Source: a virus
Taxonomy: Duplodnaviria > Caudoviricetes
Length of the DNA: 32,015 nt
Strand: one strand, 5' to 3'
IMG/VR virus record: IMGVR_UViG_3300023215_001996
Span: 1 to 32,015 of that record
Shown here: positions 1 to 6,802 of the stretch, piece by piece
How positions within the stretch are numbered: position 1 is the stretch's first letter
Layout of the letters: every line of letters begins with the position of its first letter
The notes under the pieces: generated by a model
Database searches by the model: none
Told to the model about the DNA's origin: nothing
The model's input: the letters and a program-made list of their open reading frames with translations, nothing else
Made by a program: the position numbers and the translations under genes

Positions 1-84
1 CCCACAGTAAGGGTGTAGTTTTCATGGGGCTTATTGTGGAAACCCACAGTAAGGGTGTAGTTTTCATGGGGCTTATTGTGGAAA
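1..84. repeat. Two exact tandem copies of a 42-bp unit, each with an imperfect inverted repeat
   Basis: cccacagtaagggtgtagttttcatggggcttattgtggaaa at 1-42 and 43-84; arms ccacagtaag / cttattgtgg pair with one G-T. May continue beyond the window edge. Confidence 0.9.
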
Positions 85-187
85 GCACTTACTTCTGTTT
101 CTTTTAAAATACATATTATATATTAAATAATAATTCTATACATTAGTTGTATGCTTTTTAATAATACACATACTATAGGAGGCTATT

Positions 188-439
188 GTGGGACTCCAGT
201 TCCTTACCGTTAAACAAGTTGCTGAACAACTCTCCGTGTCGGTAATCCAGGTGCGAAGACTAATTACAGATAAACAGCTGCCGGCATACCGGCTGGGGTA
301 CAGATCCTACCGAATAGACCCCAAGGACCTAGCAAATTTCAAGAAACAAAAGCGAACTATCATATCAAACCCTGAAAAGAAAAACAAAGATTTTTGGCGT
401 GACCCTGATAATGGAGGGCATTATGAAGAAAGTTTTTAA
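188..439 (+). CDS. Excisionase-like winged HTH (HTH_17-type) DNA-binding protein
   Basis: FLTVKQVAEQLSVSVIQVRRLI...LPAYRLG..SYRI pattern; AGGAGG before the GTG start. Confidence 0.8.
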   Translation: MGLQFLTVKQVAEQLSVSVIQVRRLITDKQLPAYRLGYRSYRIDPKDLANFKKQKRTIISNPEKKNKDFWRDPDNGGHYEESF

Positions 440-632
440 GGGCATCCATTATCCATACACCAAATTGAGTAAACACATATGCCAGCACAATAGAGGCTGT
501 AGCAGAAAGATTAAAGCCAGGCTGGTTCTTATTAAACAATCTATTCCAAAGTATTGCTATCGGCATTGGCATTTTATATTGGAAAAGATGGCAATCAACA
601 AGCTATGCAGACTAGACAAGATAAAGAAGTGA
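423..632 (+). CDS. Small basic hypothetical protein with Cys/His clusters
   Basis: GGAGG then ATG at 423; stop overlaps the next start (GTGA). Confidence 0.55.
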   Translation: MKKVFKGIHYPYTKLSKHICQHNRGCSRKIKARLVLIKQSIPKYCYRHWHFILEKMAINKLCRLDKIKK

Positions 633-1171
633 CTGCTCATATAAATTCTTTTGGATTTGATATCCGGGACAAGCTAGTTTTGGATAATATCAAGAGTGTG
701 GAATGGTGGAGGAGAAAATTGCTGTCAAGATTATTGAAGAAGTTTTGGATGGATAATAACCTGGGTAAATGTGCTTATGCCTTGGCTGCACCACAAATCG
801 GTCTCCGAAAACAAATGTTCTATGTAAACAATGACACCATTGGTATCACTGGACAAGTGTTTACCAATCCCAAAATTATTTTAGAAGGTGATCAATTCCT
901 TTTCAAGAATGAGGCCTGTCTGTCTTTTCCAGGTCATTATAAAGACAAATGGAGACATAGTAAGGTGAAAATATGTTCTGATGAAATGGTGTCTTACAAG
1001 GAATATGAAGGAAAAGCTGCGATAGTATTGCAACATGAAATGGATCATCTTTCTGGTAGACACATAATGCAGAGTAGCACCAAAAGAAACAATGTAAATA
1101 AACCAAGTAGAAATGACCCATGCTTCTGTGGGAGTGGGTTTAAATTTAAACGATGTTGCCAATCTTATTAA
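629..1171 (+). CDS. def: Peptide deformylase with C-terminal SEC-C zinc motif
   Basis: Motifs ALAAPQIG, EACLS, QHEMDHL; C-terminal SRNDPCFCGSGFKFKRCC. Start uncertain (frame open from 554; GTG 629 overlaps the upstream TGA). Confidence 0.85.
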   Translation: MTAHINSFGFDIRDKLVLDNIKSVEWWRRKLLSRLLKKFWMDNNLGKCAYALAAPQIGLRKQMFYVNNDTIGITGQVFTNPKIILEGDQFLFKNEACLSFPGHYKDKWRHSKVKICSDEMVSYKEYEGKAAIVLQHEMDHLSGRHIMQSSTKRNNVNKPSRNDPCFCGSGFKFKRCCQSY

Positions 1172-1185
1172 AGAGGAGAAACAGA

Positions 1186-2136
1186 ATGAAAAATAATTTA
1201 CAAGATTTTCAAATAGATGCCGGAGATATGGAAATCCAATACAATATAGAGGAAGCAAAGGTTCTTCTCCGAGCCCAGGGTTATCATGTAGAAGATACTT
1301 TGAACTCTGCCCCACCAATTAATGAAGTAACGATAATTAAGCCTACCTTGAATATAACCCATAAAGATCTTTCCAATGGCCGTTGGTATCACTTGATCGG
1401 TGCTGAAGAGGATGTTTCATCCTGGCGACCAAGCGTTACAACTCAATTAAGTGTTCTAGACAAAGGCTCTGGGTTTGACAAGTGGAACAGAAACCTTGGT
1501 CACCTAGCACCAATGCATAGGGATGCAGCTGGCATAAGAGGTTCACATGTTCACTATTGGATGAAGGCACTGATCGAGGGGTCAACAGTTAAGGCCGCAA
1601 TGATCCTTAATCATATTCTTGAGGAAAGTTCAGAGGTGTGGAGGCATCTGTATCAAAGAGAAGAAATGTTTGCTCATTCAATCAGACGTTACCTAGCTTC
1701 TTTCTGTGCTTTCTGGAAGGAAAAGAAACCAGTACCGGTGGCGGTGGAATATCCAATCTATGATGTGGGTTTACCATTTGCCGGAAGATTTGATATGTTG
1801 CTGAAATTCAAGAAGGCTAAAAACTCAAAAAAGGAAAGCCTTATCTTGGTAGATCTGAAAACTGGAGCACCATATCCAAGTCATGCGTATCAGAATTCAG
1901 CATACAAAGTTGGTTGGGAAAAAGAACATCCAGAGATGCCAATTGATTACATAGCGGGGCTGTATGTGAAAGATAGTTACCGTGGCGATCCCACCTACAC
2001 ATTGACATTCCAGAAAGATAGTTATGATGCGTTTTTGTCTGCGAGTCATCTGTGGTGTGATCGTACAAGGAATGTAAAGGGTGATTTACTTCCAGCATTA
2101 AGAGAAGAGCCACCAACAGAATTTAGTATTTATTAA
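1186..2136 (+). CDS. Phage PD-(D/E)XK exonuclease (RecB/Cas4-like)
   Basis: PSVTT, RGSHVH, VE..FAGRFD...LVDLKTG...QNSAY motifs; GAGGAG before ATG 1186. Confidence 0.8.
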   Translation: MKNNLQDFQIDAGDMEIQYNIEEAKVLLRAQGYHVEDTLNSAPPINEVTIIKPTLNITHKDLSNGRWYHLIGAEEDVSSWRPSVTTQLSVLDKGSGFDKWNRNLGHLAPMHRDAAGIRGSHVHYWMKALIEGSTVKAAMILNHILEESSEVWRHLYQREEMFAHSIRRYLASFCAFWKEKKPVPVAVEYPIYDVGLPFAGRFDMLLKFKKAKNSKKESLILVDLKTGAPYPSHAYQNSAYKVGWEKEHPEMPIDYIAGLYVKDSYRGDPTYTLTFQKDSYDAFLSASHLWCDRTRNVKGDLLPALREEPPTEFSIY

Positions 2137-2162
2137 TAACGAATAGAAAAGGAGTAATAATA

Positions 2163-2537
2163 ATGGCTTATGAACATAAGATAAACACTGGTACAATCTT
2201 TAGAAACAAAGATTATGATTCCAAGGGTAGTTTGGATGATCCAAATAACTACTCGGGCAATATGACGGCAAACATTGCCTGCGAACACTGCGGAAAGGCA
2301 ACGCTTGTCAAAGCTAGACTATATCCAAAGCAACCAAAGGATCTAGAAAAGCAAAGTTATACCCGGGTATCGTTTTACAAGCCTGGCGAACCTAAGCAGA
2401 GCCAATCACCGTATGGTCAACCGAAAGTGAATTCTTGGCAAGAAAAGGAGTCGCAAACATGGCAAAAAAAGGAGAAAGATACAGAAAGTTTTACTGACCC
2501 CTCAACTGCCGCTCCCACAGATGAATTGCCGTTTTAG
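2163..2537 (+). CDS. Putative single-stranded DNA-binding protein
   Basis: Disordered Q/P-rich linker and acidic DELPF tip; follows the exonuclease; AAGGAG RBS. Confidence 0.6.
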   Translation: MAYEHKINTGTIFRNKDYDSKGSLDDPNNYSGNMTANIACEHCGKATLVKARLYPKQPKDLEKQSYTRVSFYKPGEPKQSQSPYGQPKVNSWQEKESQTWQKKEKDTESFTDPSTAAPTDELPF

Positions 2538-2641
2538 TTAAGGTGTATTTCACCGGGGTAGGTCCTGTTCATTACGTTATCTCCTCATGCTCCCACATAG
2601 GTGATCTACCCCGGTATCCCTTCCACATACCACTTTAGCTA
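2535..2641 (+). ncRNA. Putative structured RNA (long stem-loop with an anti-SD-containing loop)
   Basis: Stem accggggtaggtc (2552-2564) / gatctaccccggt (2603-2615) with one G-U; weaker outer stem 2535-2548 / 2627-2641; loop holds cattacgttatctcctcatg. Confidence 0.5.
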
Positions 2642-3075
2642 TGAAACACAAACCATTTAATGTTGGTAACCATGCTGCTAATGATGCAGCAGGGAAAGAT
2701 GTTGTTCTCTCTTTCCTTCGTGACCATGGTGTTAAAGCCATTGAGAATCCAGATAAATACGGTGTTGATATAATGGCTCCAAGGTATGAGGTTGAACGTA
2801 GAACAGTACATAGTGGGAACTGGCCATATGATACAGTTCATGTGCCAGAGAGAAAGACAAAATTCTTAACAAAGGATATTTACTATGTTGTGGTGGTACA
2901 CCATGTCATAGAATTCCCCAGGGTAAAGACATGGGATACTCTAATGGTTTGTGATTCGCCTACCATTATGAAGTGTAGCCTGATTGAAGTACCGAATAAT
3001 TCTATGCCAGAAGAGGAATATTTTTATGATGTACCTATTAATTTTTGGTCCATCTTGGATCCAAATAAAACATGA
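2641..3075 (+). CDS. Hypothetical protein, possible restriction-endonuclease-like fold
   Basis: YGVDI...YEVERR resembles a PD-(D/E)xK variant. Confidence 0.5.
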   Translation: MKHKPFNVGNHAANDAAGKDVVLSFLRDHGVKAIENPDKYGVDIMAPRYEVERRTVHSGNWPYDTVHVPERKTKFLTKDIYYVVVVHHVIEFPRVKTWDTLMVCDSPTIMKCSLIEVPNNSMPEEEYFYDVPINFWSILDPNKT

Positions 3076-3464
3076 GTGACGTGGTAAAGGTGGAAAAAAT
3101 TCATCGAAGAGGATATATGATTAAGAACAAGAAAGAACCACAACCGCTTGGGAAGATCCTAATGAGTATGGACGTGCACAGTCTTAGAGATCTGGGAGTT
3201 CCGCCTAAAAGAGAATCAGCGGACAGAATTAACGAAGAAATAATTGATCTAATTAGTGAGCGTCTGGCCGTTGGTGCCAAGAAGTACGGTGAAGAGATCC
3301 TTGTTACTGACAAGCGGGATTTTGTACAAGAGACATTAGAAGAGATACTTGATTCTTGTGTGTATCTCGCATGTAAGATCATCCAGTTAAAAGCATTGAT
3401 CATCCAGTTAAAAGCATTTGATCTTCTGTCGTCATCAAAAGATGCTAAAAGGAGGCAAGTATGA
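3072..3464 (+). CDS. Hypothetical protein, possible all-alpha NTP pyrophosphohydrolase (MazG-like)
   Basis: ERL..G.KKYG...ETLEEILD..VYL pattern; ATGA overlap with the upstream gene. Confidence 0.5.
   Translation: MSDVVKVEKIHRRGYMIKNKKEPQPLGKILMSMDVHSLRDLGVPPKRESADRINEEIIDLISERLAVGAKKYGEEILVTDKRDFVQETLEEILDSCVYLACKIIQLKALIIQLKAFDLLSSSKDAKRRQV
3377..3418 (+). repeat. Exact 21-bp in-frame tandem duplication
   Basis: gatcatccagttaaaagcatt x2, giving IIQLKA(L/F) twice. Confidence 0.9.
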
Positions 3465-3666
3465 TACTAGAAGTAAAACAATATCCGGATAACAAAGCGG
3501 TGGTCACGGATCCCGAATGGTTTCCAATCTCCGCAGCAGAGGTGTAGATGCAGATAAGGATCCACTAGGCGAGAACTGTATGGCAAGGATCCTAGCACCA
3601 AGAAGAGTTGGGACATCTGTAAAAAAAGGCCCTTTGGTTGACATTTCTACTGGAGAGGTTAGCTAG
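3461..3666 (+). pseudogene. Small gene apparently broken by a frameshift (or two tiny ORFs)
   Basis: GGAGG + ATG 3461 reads 28 aa to TAG 3547; the -1 frame is open from 3493 to TAG 3666, abutting the methyltransferase start. Confidence 0.35.
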
Positions 3667-4937
3667 TGTGGATACTTCCAAAGCAATTACACACCTCTCC
3701 CTATGTACAGGATATGAAGGCATTGGGCTTGGACTGCGAAGAATTTGGCCTAATATCAGAGAAATCGCTTATGTGGAGATCGAAGCCTTCGCAATCGCAA
3801 ACTTGGTTACGAAGATGGAAGAGGGTTTCTTATATCCAGCACCTATCTACACGGACCTTAAAACCTTCCCATACAAAGCGTTTCGTGGATATATTACTAT
3901 CCTCTCTGCCGGATTCCCATGTCAGCCGTTTAGTGCTGCCGGAAGACGAGACTCAACAAAAGATCCGAGACATTTATACCCATATATTGCCAGAGGAATC
4001 TCTCAATGCGAACCAAATTATGTTATTCTCGAAAATGTCGAAGGAATCATCAGCAGTAAAACCGCAGAAGGAGAATCGGTACTCCAGTATGTCCTCGGAG
4101 ATTTGGAAGATAGAGGTTATTGCCCAGCGTGGGGAGTATTCTCAGCGGTTGAAACAGGTGCACCACATCAGCGAAAAAGAATCTTTATCATGGCCTACCG
4201 CAACACAGGGTGACCCAGAAGGCGGAAGTCAAAAAGATAGAATTGAAATGACAGATAGCGGATTCAAATTAAGAAAAAAGAATAAACCAGATATGACCTA
4301 TGGAGCAAAATTGAGAGATGCGGTGGAATACCATGAAGAAAAGAATTGGGCTACACCAACGACACAGGAGATAGCACATCACGATATGGAGTTGACGGAA
4401 ACAGGTCGTAGGGCGAGCAAAGACGGAACGAGCAGCCACAGCATGAACCTAGAGGATTCAGCGAGGCGATGGGCAACACCAAATACAATGGATTATCTAC
4501 CGCCAAAAGAAGGTGAGGCTCAGGCAAGAATTTTTAGGACACATCGCAAAGGAAGAAAAGCACCATGCAATTTAAGAGAACAAGTAAATCCGAAATCATG
4601 GCCGACACCACAAGTAGGCGAAGAGAAAGCAACGAAACCAGGAGGGACGCAAAATCAGAAAATGCTATCCCATGTAGCTATTGGCCTTCCCGACCAGGAG
4701 AAGAGCAGTACGAGTGGGAAGAGCCAAGAGTCGTGGCCGACAGTTACAGTGTCGGACCAGTACAACCCGATGCCAAGACACGACCACGAAAGAAAAATAC
4801 TGAGGGGGGTGGTTCACAACATAAATCACAGTTCCAAGGAAGCAGTAGCAGTAGGGAAACTCAATCCGAACTGGGTGGAGCAGATGATGGGACTTCCGGT
4901 AGGGTGGACCCAACTGTCAATAGAGTGGATAGATTGA
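3666..4937 (+). CDS. Overlapping-frame methyltransferase subunit: five W(P/A)T modules plus motif IX
   Basis: 423-aa open frame overlapping the catalytic ORF; WPTA/WATP/WATP/WPTP/WPTV at 4191, 4347, 4470, 4599, 4734; LNPNWVEQMMGLPVGWT is motif IX-like. Confidence 0.8.
   Translation: MWILPKQLHTSPYVQDMKALGLDCEEFGLISEKSLMWRSKPSQSQTWLRRWKRVSYIQHLSTRTLKPSHTKRFVDILLSSLPDSHVSRLVLPEDETQQKIRDIYTHILPEESLNANQIMLFSKMSKESSAVKPQKENRYSSMSSEIWKIEVIAQRGEYSQRLKQVHHISEKESLSWPTATQGDPEGGSQKDRIEMTDSGFKLRKKNKPDMTYGAKLRDAVEYHEEKNWATPTTQEIAHHDMELTETGRRASKDGTSSHSMNLEDSARRWATPNTMDYLPPKEGEAQARIFRTHRKGRKAPCNLREQVNPKSWPTPQVGEEKATKPGGTQNQKMLSHVAIGLPDQEKSSTSGKSQESWPTVTVSDQYNPMPRHDHERKILRGVVHNINHSSKEAVAVGKLNPNWVEQMMGLPVGWTQLSIEWID
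3668..4213 (+). CDS. DNA (cytosine-5) methyltransferase, catalytic part (motifs I-VIII)
   Basis: SLCTGYEGIGLG (I), AGFPCQPFSAAG (IV), ILENVEG (VI), GAPHQRKRIF (VIII); stops right after motif VIII. Start is GTG 3668 after GGAGAGG, or TTG 3638. Confidence 0.9.
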   Translation: MDTSKAITHLSLCTGYEGIGLGLRRIWPNIREIAYVEIEAFAIANLVTKMEEGFLYPAPIYTDLKTFPYKAFRGYITILSAGFPCQPFSAAGRRDSTKDPRHLYPYIARGISQCEPNYVILENVEGIISSKTAEGESVLQYVLGDLEDRGYCPAWGVFSAVETGAPHQRKRIFIMAYRNTG

Positions 4938-5038
4938 GGTTATTGGGTAATGGAGTTGTACCGCATACTGCTGAAAGAGCAATAAGAATTTTATTGAACA
5001 AACTACACCAAAAAGATGATGATGCCGGAAAAAGATAA
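4565..5038 (+). CDS. Methyltransferase C-terminal piece carrying motif X
   Basis: RVDRLRLLGNGVVP at 4922-4963; same frame as the catalytic ORF but separated from it by several stops; start uncertain (4565 or 4598). Confidence 0.7.
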   Translation: MQFKRTSKSEIMADTTSRRRESNETRRDAKSENAIPCSYWPSRPGEEQYEWEEPRVVADSYSVGPVQPDAKTRPRKKNTEGGGSQHKSQFQGSSSSRETQSELGGADDGTSGRVDPTVNRVDRLRLLGNGVVPHTAERAIRILLNKLHQKDDDAGKR

Positions 5039-5159
5039 GATTAAGCTGATGATCCATACCGGTCCCTTTATTAGAAAGCTGGGGGGCTGGGGCCAATACA
5101 AAAAATGGTTAATACTGTTTACAAAGATTGAGAGGTTTTTGAAACATGCGAAAAGATGA
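5016..5159 (+). CDS. Small hypothetical protein (about 47 aa, below the ORF-track cutoff)
   Basis: Hand translation MMMPEKDKIKLMIHTGPFIRKLGGWGQYKKWL...; fills the operon gap. Confidence 0.4.
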   Translation: MMMPEKDKIKLMIHTGPFIRKLGGWGQYKKWLILFTKIERFLKHAKR

Positions 5160-5170
5160 CTGGATACTAA

Positions 5171-5386
5171 ATGATGTGTATAGAAGTAACTAATTGCTGT
5201 GGTTCACTATTTGCTCACCCAGGTTGGCCTGATAATGATTTATGTTCAGAGTGTCTGGAGCATTCTGAACCAGAGAATAAAGAAAAATTAATGGATATGG
5301 ATCCAATCTATAACAAAGTTGGAAGGTGCGAACTTTGTCATAGTAACCCATGCACCTGTTTGGAGAAAATCAATGCCAGCGTATAA
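5171..5386 (+). CDS. Small Cys-rich putative zinc-binding protein
   Basis: NCCG, CSEC, CELC, CTC. Confidence 0.6.
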   Translation: MMCIEVTNCCGSLFAHPGWPDNDLCSECLEHSEPENKEKLMDMDPIYNKVGRCELCHSNPCTCLEKINASV

Positions 5387-5606
5387 TAAATCAATTGCTC
5401 ATTTCACTGGGATCATCCGTGGAGCCGGTGATGCTGCCGATACTGATTGTGCAGAGTGTGAATCCAGTAATGTAATCTTTGAGGAATACATACGCCCAGG
5501 ATCACCAGATCATAGCGATCTTGGAATTAAGTGTCAAGATTGTGGCCATCAGGAAGATCCTAATGAGTATGGACAGCGTTTTGAACCTACAGAGCCAGAG
5601 GATTAG
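5373..5606 (+). CDS. Zinc-ribbon protein
   Basis: CAEC...CQDC; GGAG before ATG 5373. Confidence 0.6.
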   Translation: MPAYNKSIAHFTGIIRGAGDAADTDCAECESSNVIFEEYIRPGSPDHSDLGIKCQDCGHQEDPNEYGQRFEPTEPED

Positions 5607-5838
5607 TAATCTTCCAAGGTGTCCTTATTGCGGTGTCAGGCTACCAAAGAGACATTCAAATCATTGGATGAATGCTGTGGGGTTCAGTGATTCTTTGCAT
5701 GAGGCCATTTCTGAAATTCATATTCAACAGGATATGTTTCCATTCTTAGATCTTTTCAAAAACGATGATCAAGAATTTGACGATGATGGATGGTGTTTAT
5801 GTCAGATCTGTCAAAATAAAAAATACAATAGGGAGTGA
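5569..5838 (+). CDS. Zinc-finger-like hypothetical protein
   Basis: CPYC...CLCQIC; start uncertain. Confidence 0.55.
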   Translation: MDSVLNLQSQRISNLPRCPYCGVRLPKRHSNHWMNAVGFSDSLHEAISEIHIQQDMFPFLDLFKNDDQEFDDDGWCLCQICQNKKYNRE

Positions 5839-5841
5839 ATA

Positions 5842-6051
5842 ATGTTAGAAAGACCAATCATACATATCATTGAATTATCACTAAATAATAGCTTTATGTT
5901 TACCATGTTTGGATCGGTGAACCTGCGTTCAATTAGAAGTAAATTGTTAATAGCTGGTTGCAAACGCATACCCAATGATAGACGACTGAAAAGTATGATC
6001 AAAAATCTATACGATGATTCCACAATCGGTGGAGTGAAGTTTTATGGATAA
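5842..6051 (+). CDS. Hypothetical protein
   Basis: GGGAG RBS; in operon. Confidence 0.5.
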   Translation: MLERPIIHIIELSLNNSFMFTMFGSVNLRSIRSKLLIAGCKRIPNDRRLKSMIKNLYDDSTIGGVKFYG

Positions 6052-6802
6052 AGGTCATGGATGGATTAAGATTCACAGAGATATGAAGGACCACTGGATA
6101 TTCGCAAATGCAGAGTATTTAAAAGCGTGGATTTTGTTACTCATGATGGCTAATCATCAAACTAAAAAATGGCTGGTCCAGGATAAAATGATTATGATTA
6201 GGCGGGGGGAATTAATTACTAGTTTACAAGATTTAGCCAAACAATGGAGATGGTCCAGGGGCAAGGTTAGGCGATACATCACTATGCTCGAAAACGACAC
6301 AATGGTGATACGCAAATCGACACACTTATGGACACACCTAACTATCTGTAACTACGACACTTACCAGGATGTGCGGCCAACCAACAGTACAACCAACAGT
6401 ACAACCGATAGTACGACCAACAGTACAACCCACGGTACACAACTAAAGAAGGTAAAGAAAGTTAAGAATGGTAAGAATGGTAAGAAGAAGGTTGCAGCTA
6501 CCGCTACAACACTGCTTGCTGTATTTGGGGATCAGTATTTAAAGTATACAGGCGTAGAATACCATGCTAGTTTTGGAAAGGATGGAAAGATCCTAAAAGA
6601 TCTGGAAAAACAATATGGGCCTAACCCTGTGGAGGCTGGTATTATATACTTCTTCCAAGAATATATCACCAAGGATACATTTGCCAGAAAGAATCCAAAC
6701 GTAGGTATGTTAAGGTCAACCTGGAATGGTATGGTGGCAATGGCCACTAAAACCAGTAGAGAGAAAAAAAAGTATGAGGACTGGATCAATGAAGAGGATT
6801 GA
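6044..6802 (+). CDS. Phage replication initiator / replisome organiser (lambda O-like role)
   Basis: GWIKIHR...HWIF...KAWILLLMMANH...IRRGELITS...LAKQWRWSRGKVRR winged-HTH pattern; central low-complexity repeat linker. Confidence 0.8.
   Translation: MDKGHGWIKIHRDMKDHWIFANAEYLKAWILLLMMANHQTKKWLVQDKMIMIRRGELITSLQDLAKQWRWSRGKVRRYITMLENDTMVIRKSTHLWTHLTICNYDTYQDVRPTNSTTNSTTDSTTNSTTHGTQLKKVKKVKNGKNGKKKVAATATTLLAVFGDQYLKYTGVEYHASFGKDGKILKDLEKQYGPNPVEAGIIYFFQEYITKDTFARKNPNVGMLRSTWNGMVAMATKTSREKKKYEDWINEED
6378..6490 (+). repeat. Putative replication origin: five 12-bp iterons followed by a purine-rich tract
   Basis: caaccaacagta, caaccaacagta, caaccgatagta, cgaccaacagta, caacccacggta (6378-6437), then aagaa(t/g)g(g/t)ta-like 9-mers. 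Confidence 0.65.

Noticed and set aside
1-84. CRISPR array
   Set aside because: The two repeats are directly adjacent with no spacer and no cas operon is visible; the exonuclease is a typical phage recombination nuclease.
4211-4565. Stop-codon reassignment or readthrough joining the methyltransferase frame A
   Set aside because: The gap contains TGA, TAG and TAA, and all three codons terminate clear genes elsewhere (TAG ends ssb and the capsid gene).
2641-5038. Complete restriction-modification system (2641..3075 as the cognate endonuclease)
   Set aside because: The nuclease-like call is weak, the ORF is short and not adjacent to the MTase; an orphan phage MTase is more parsimonious.
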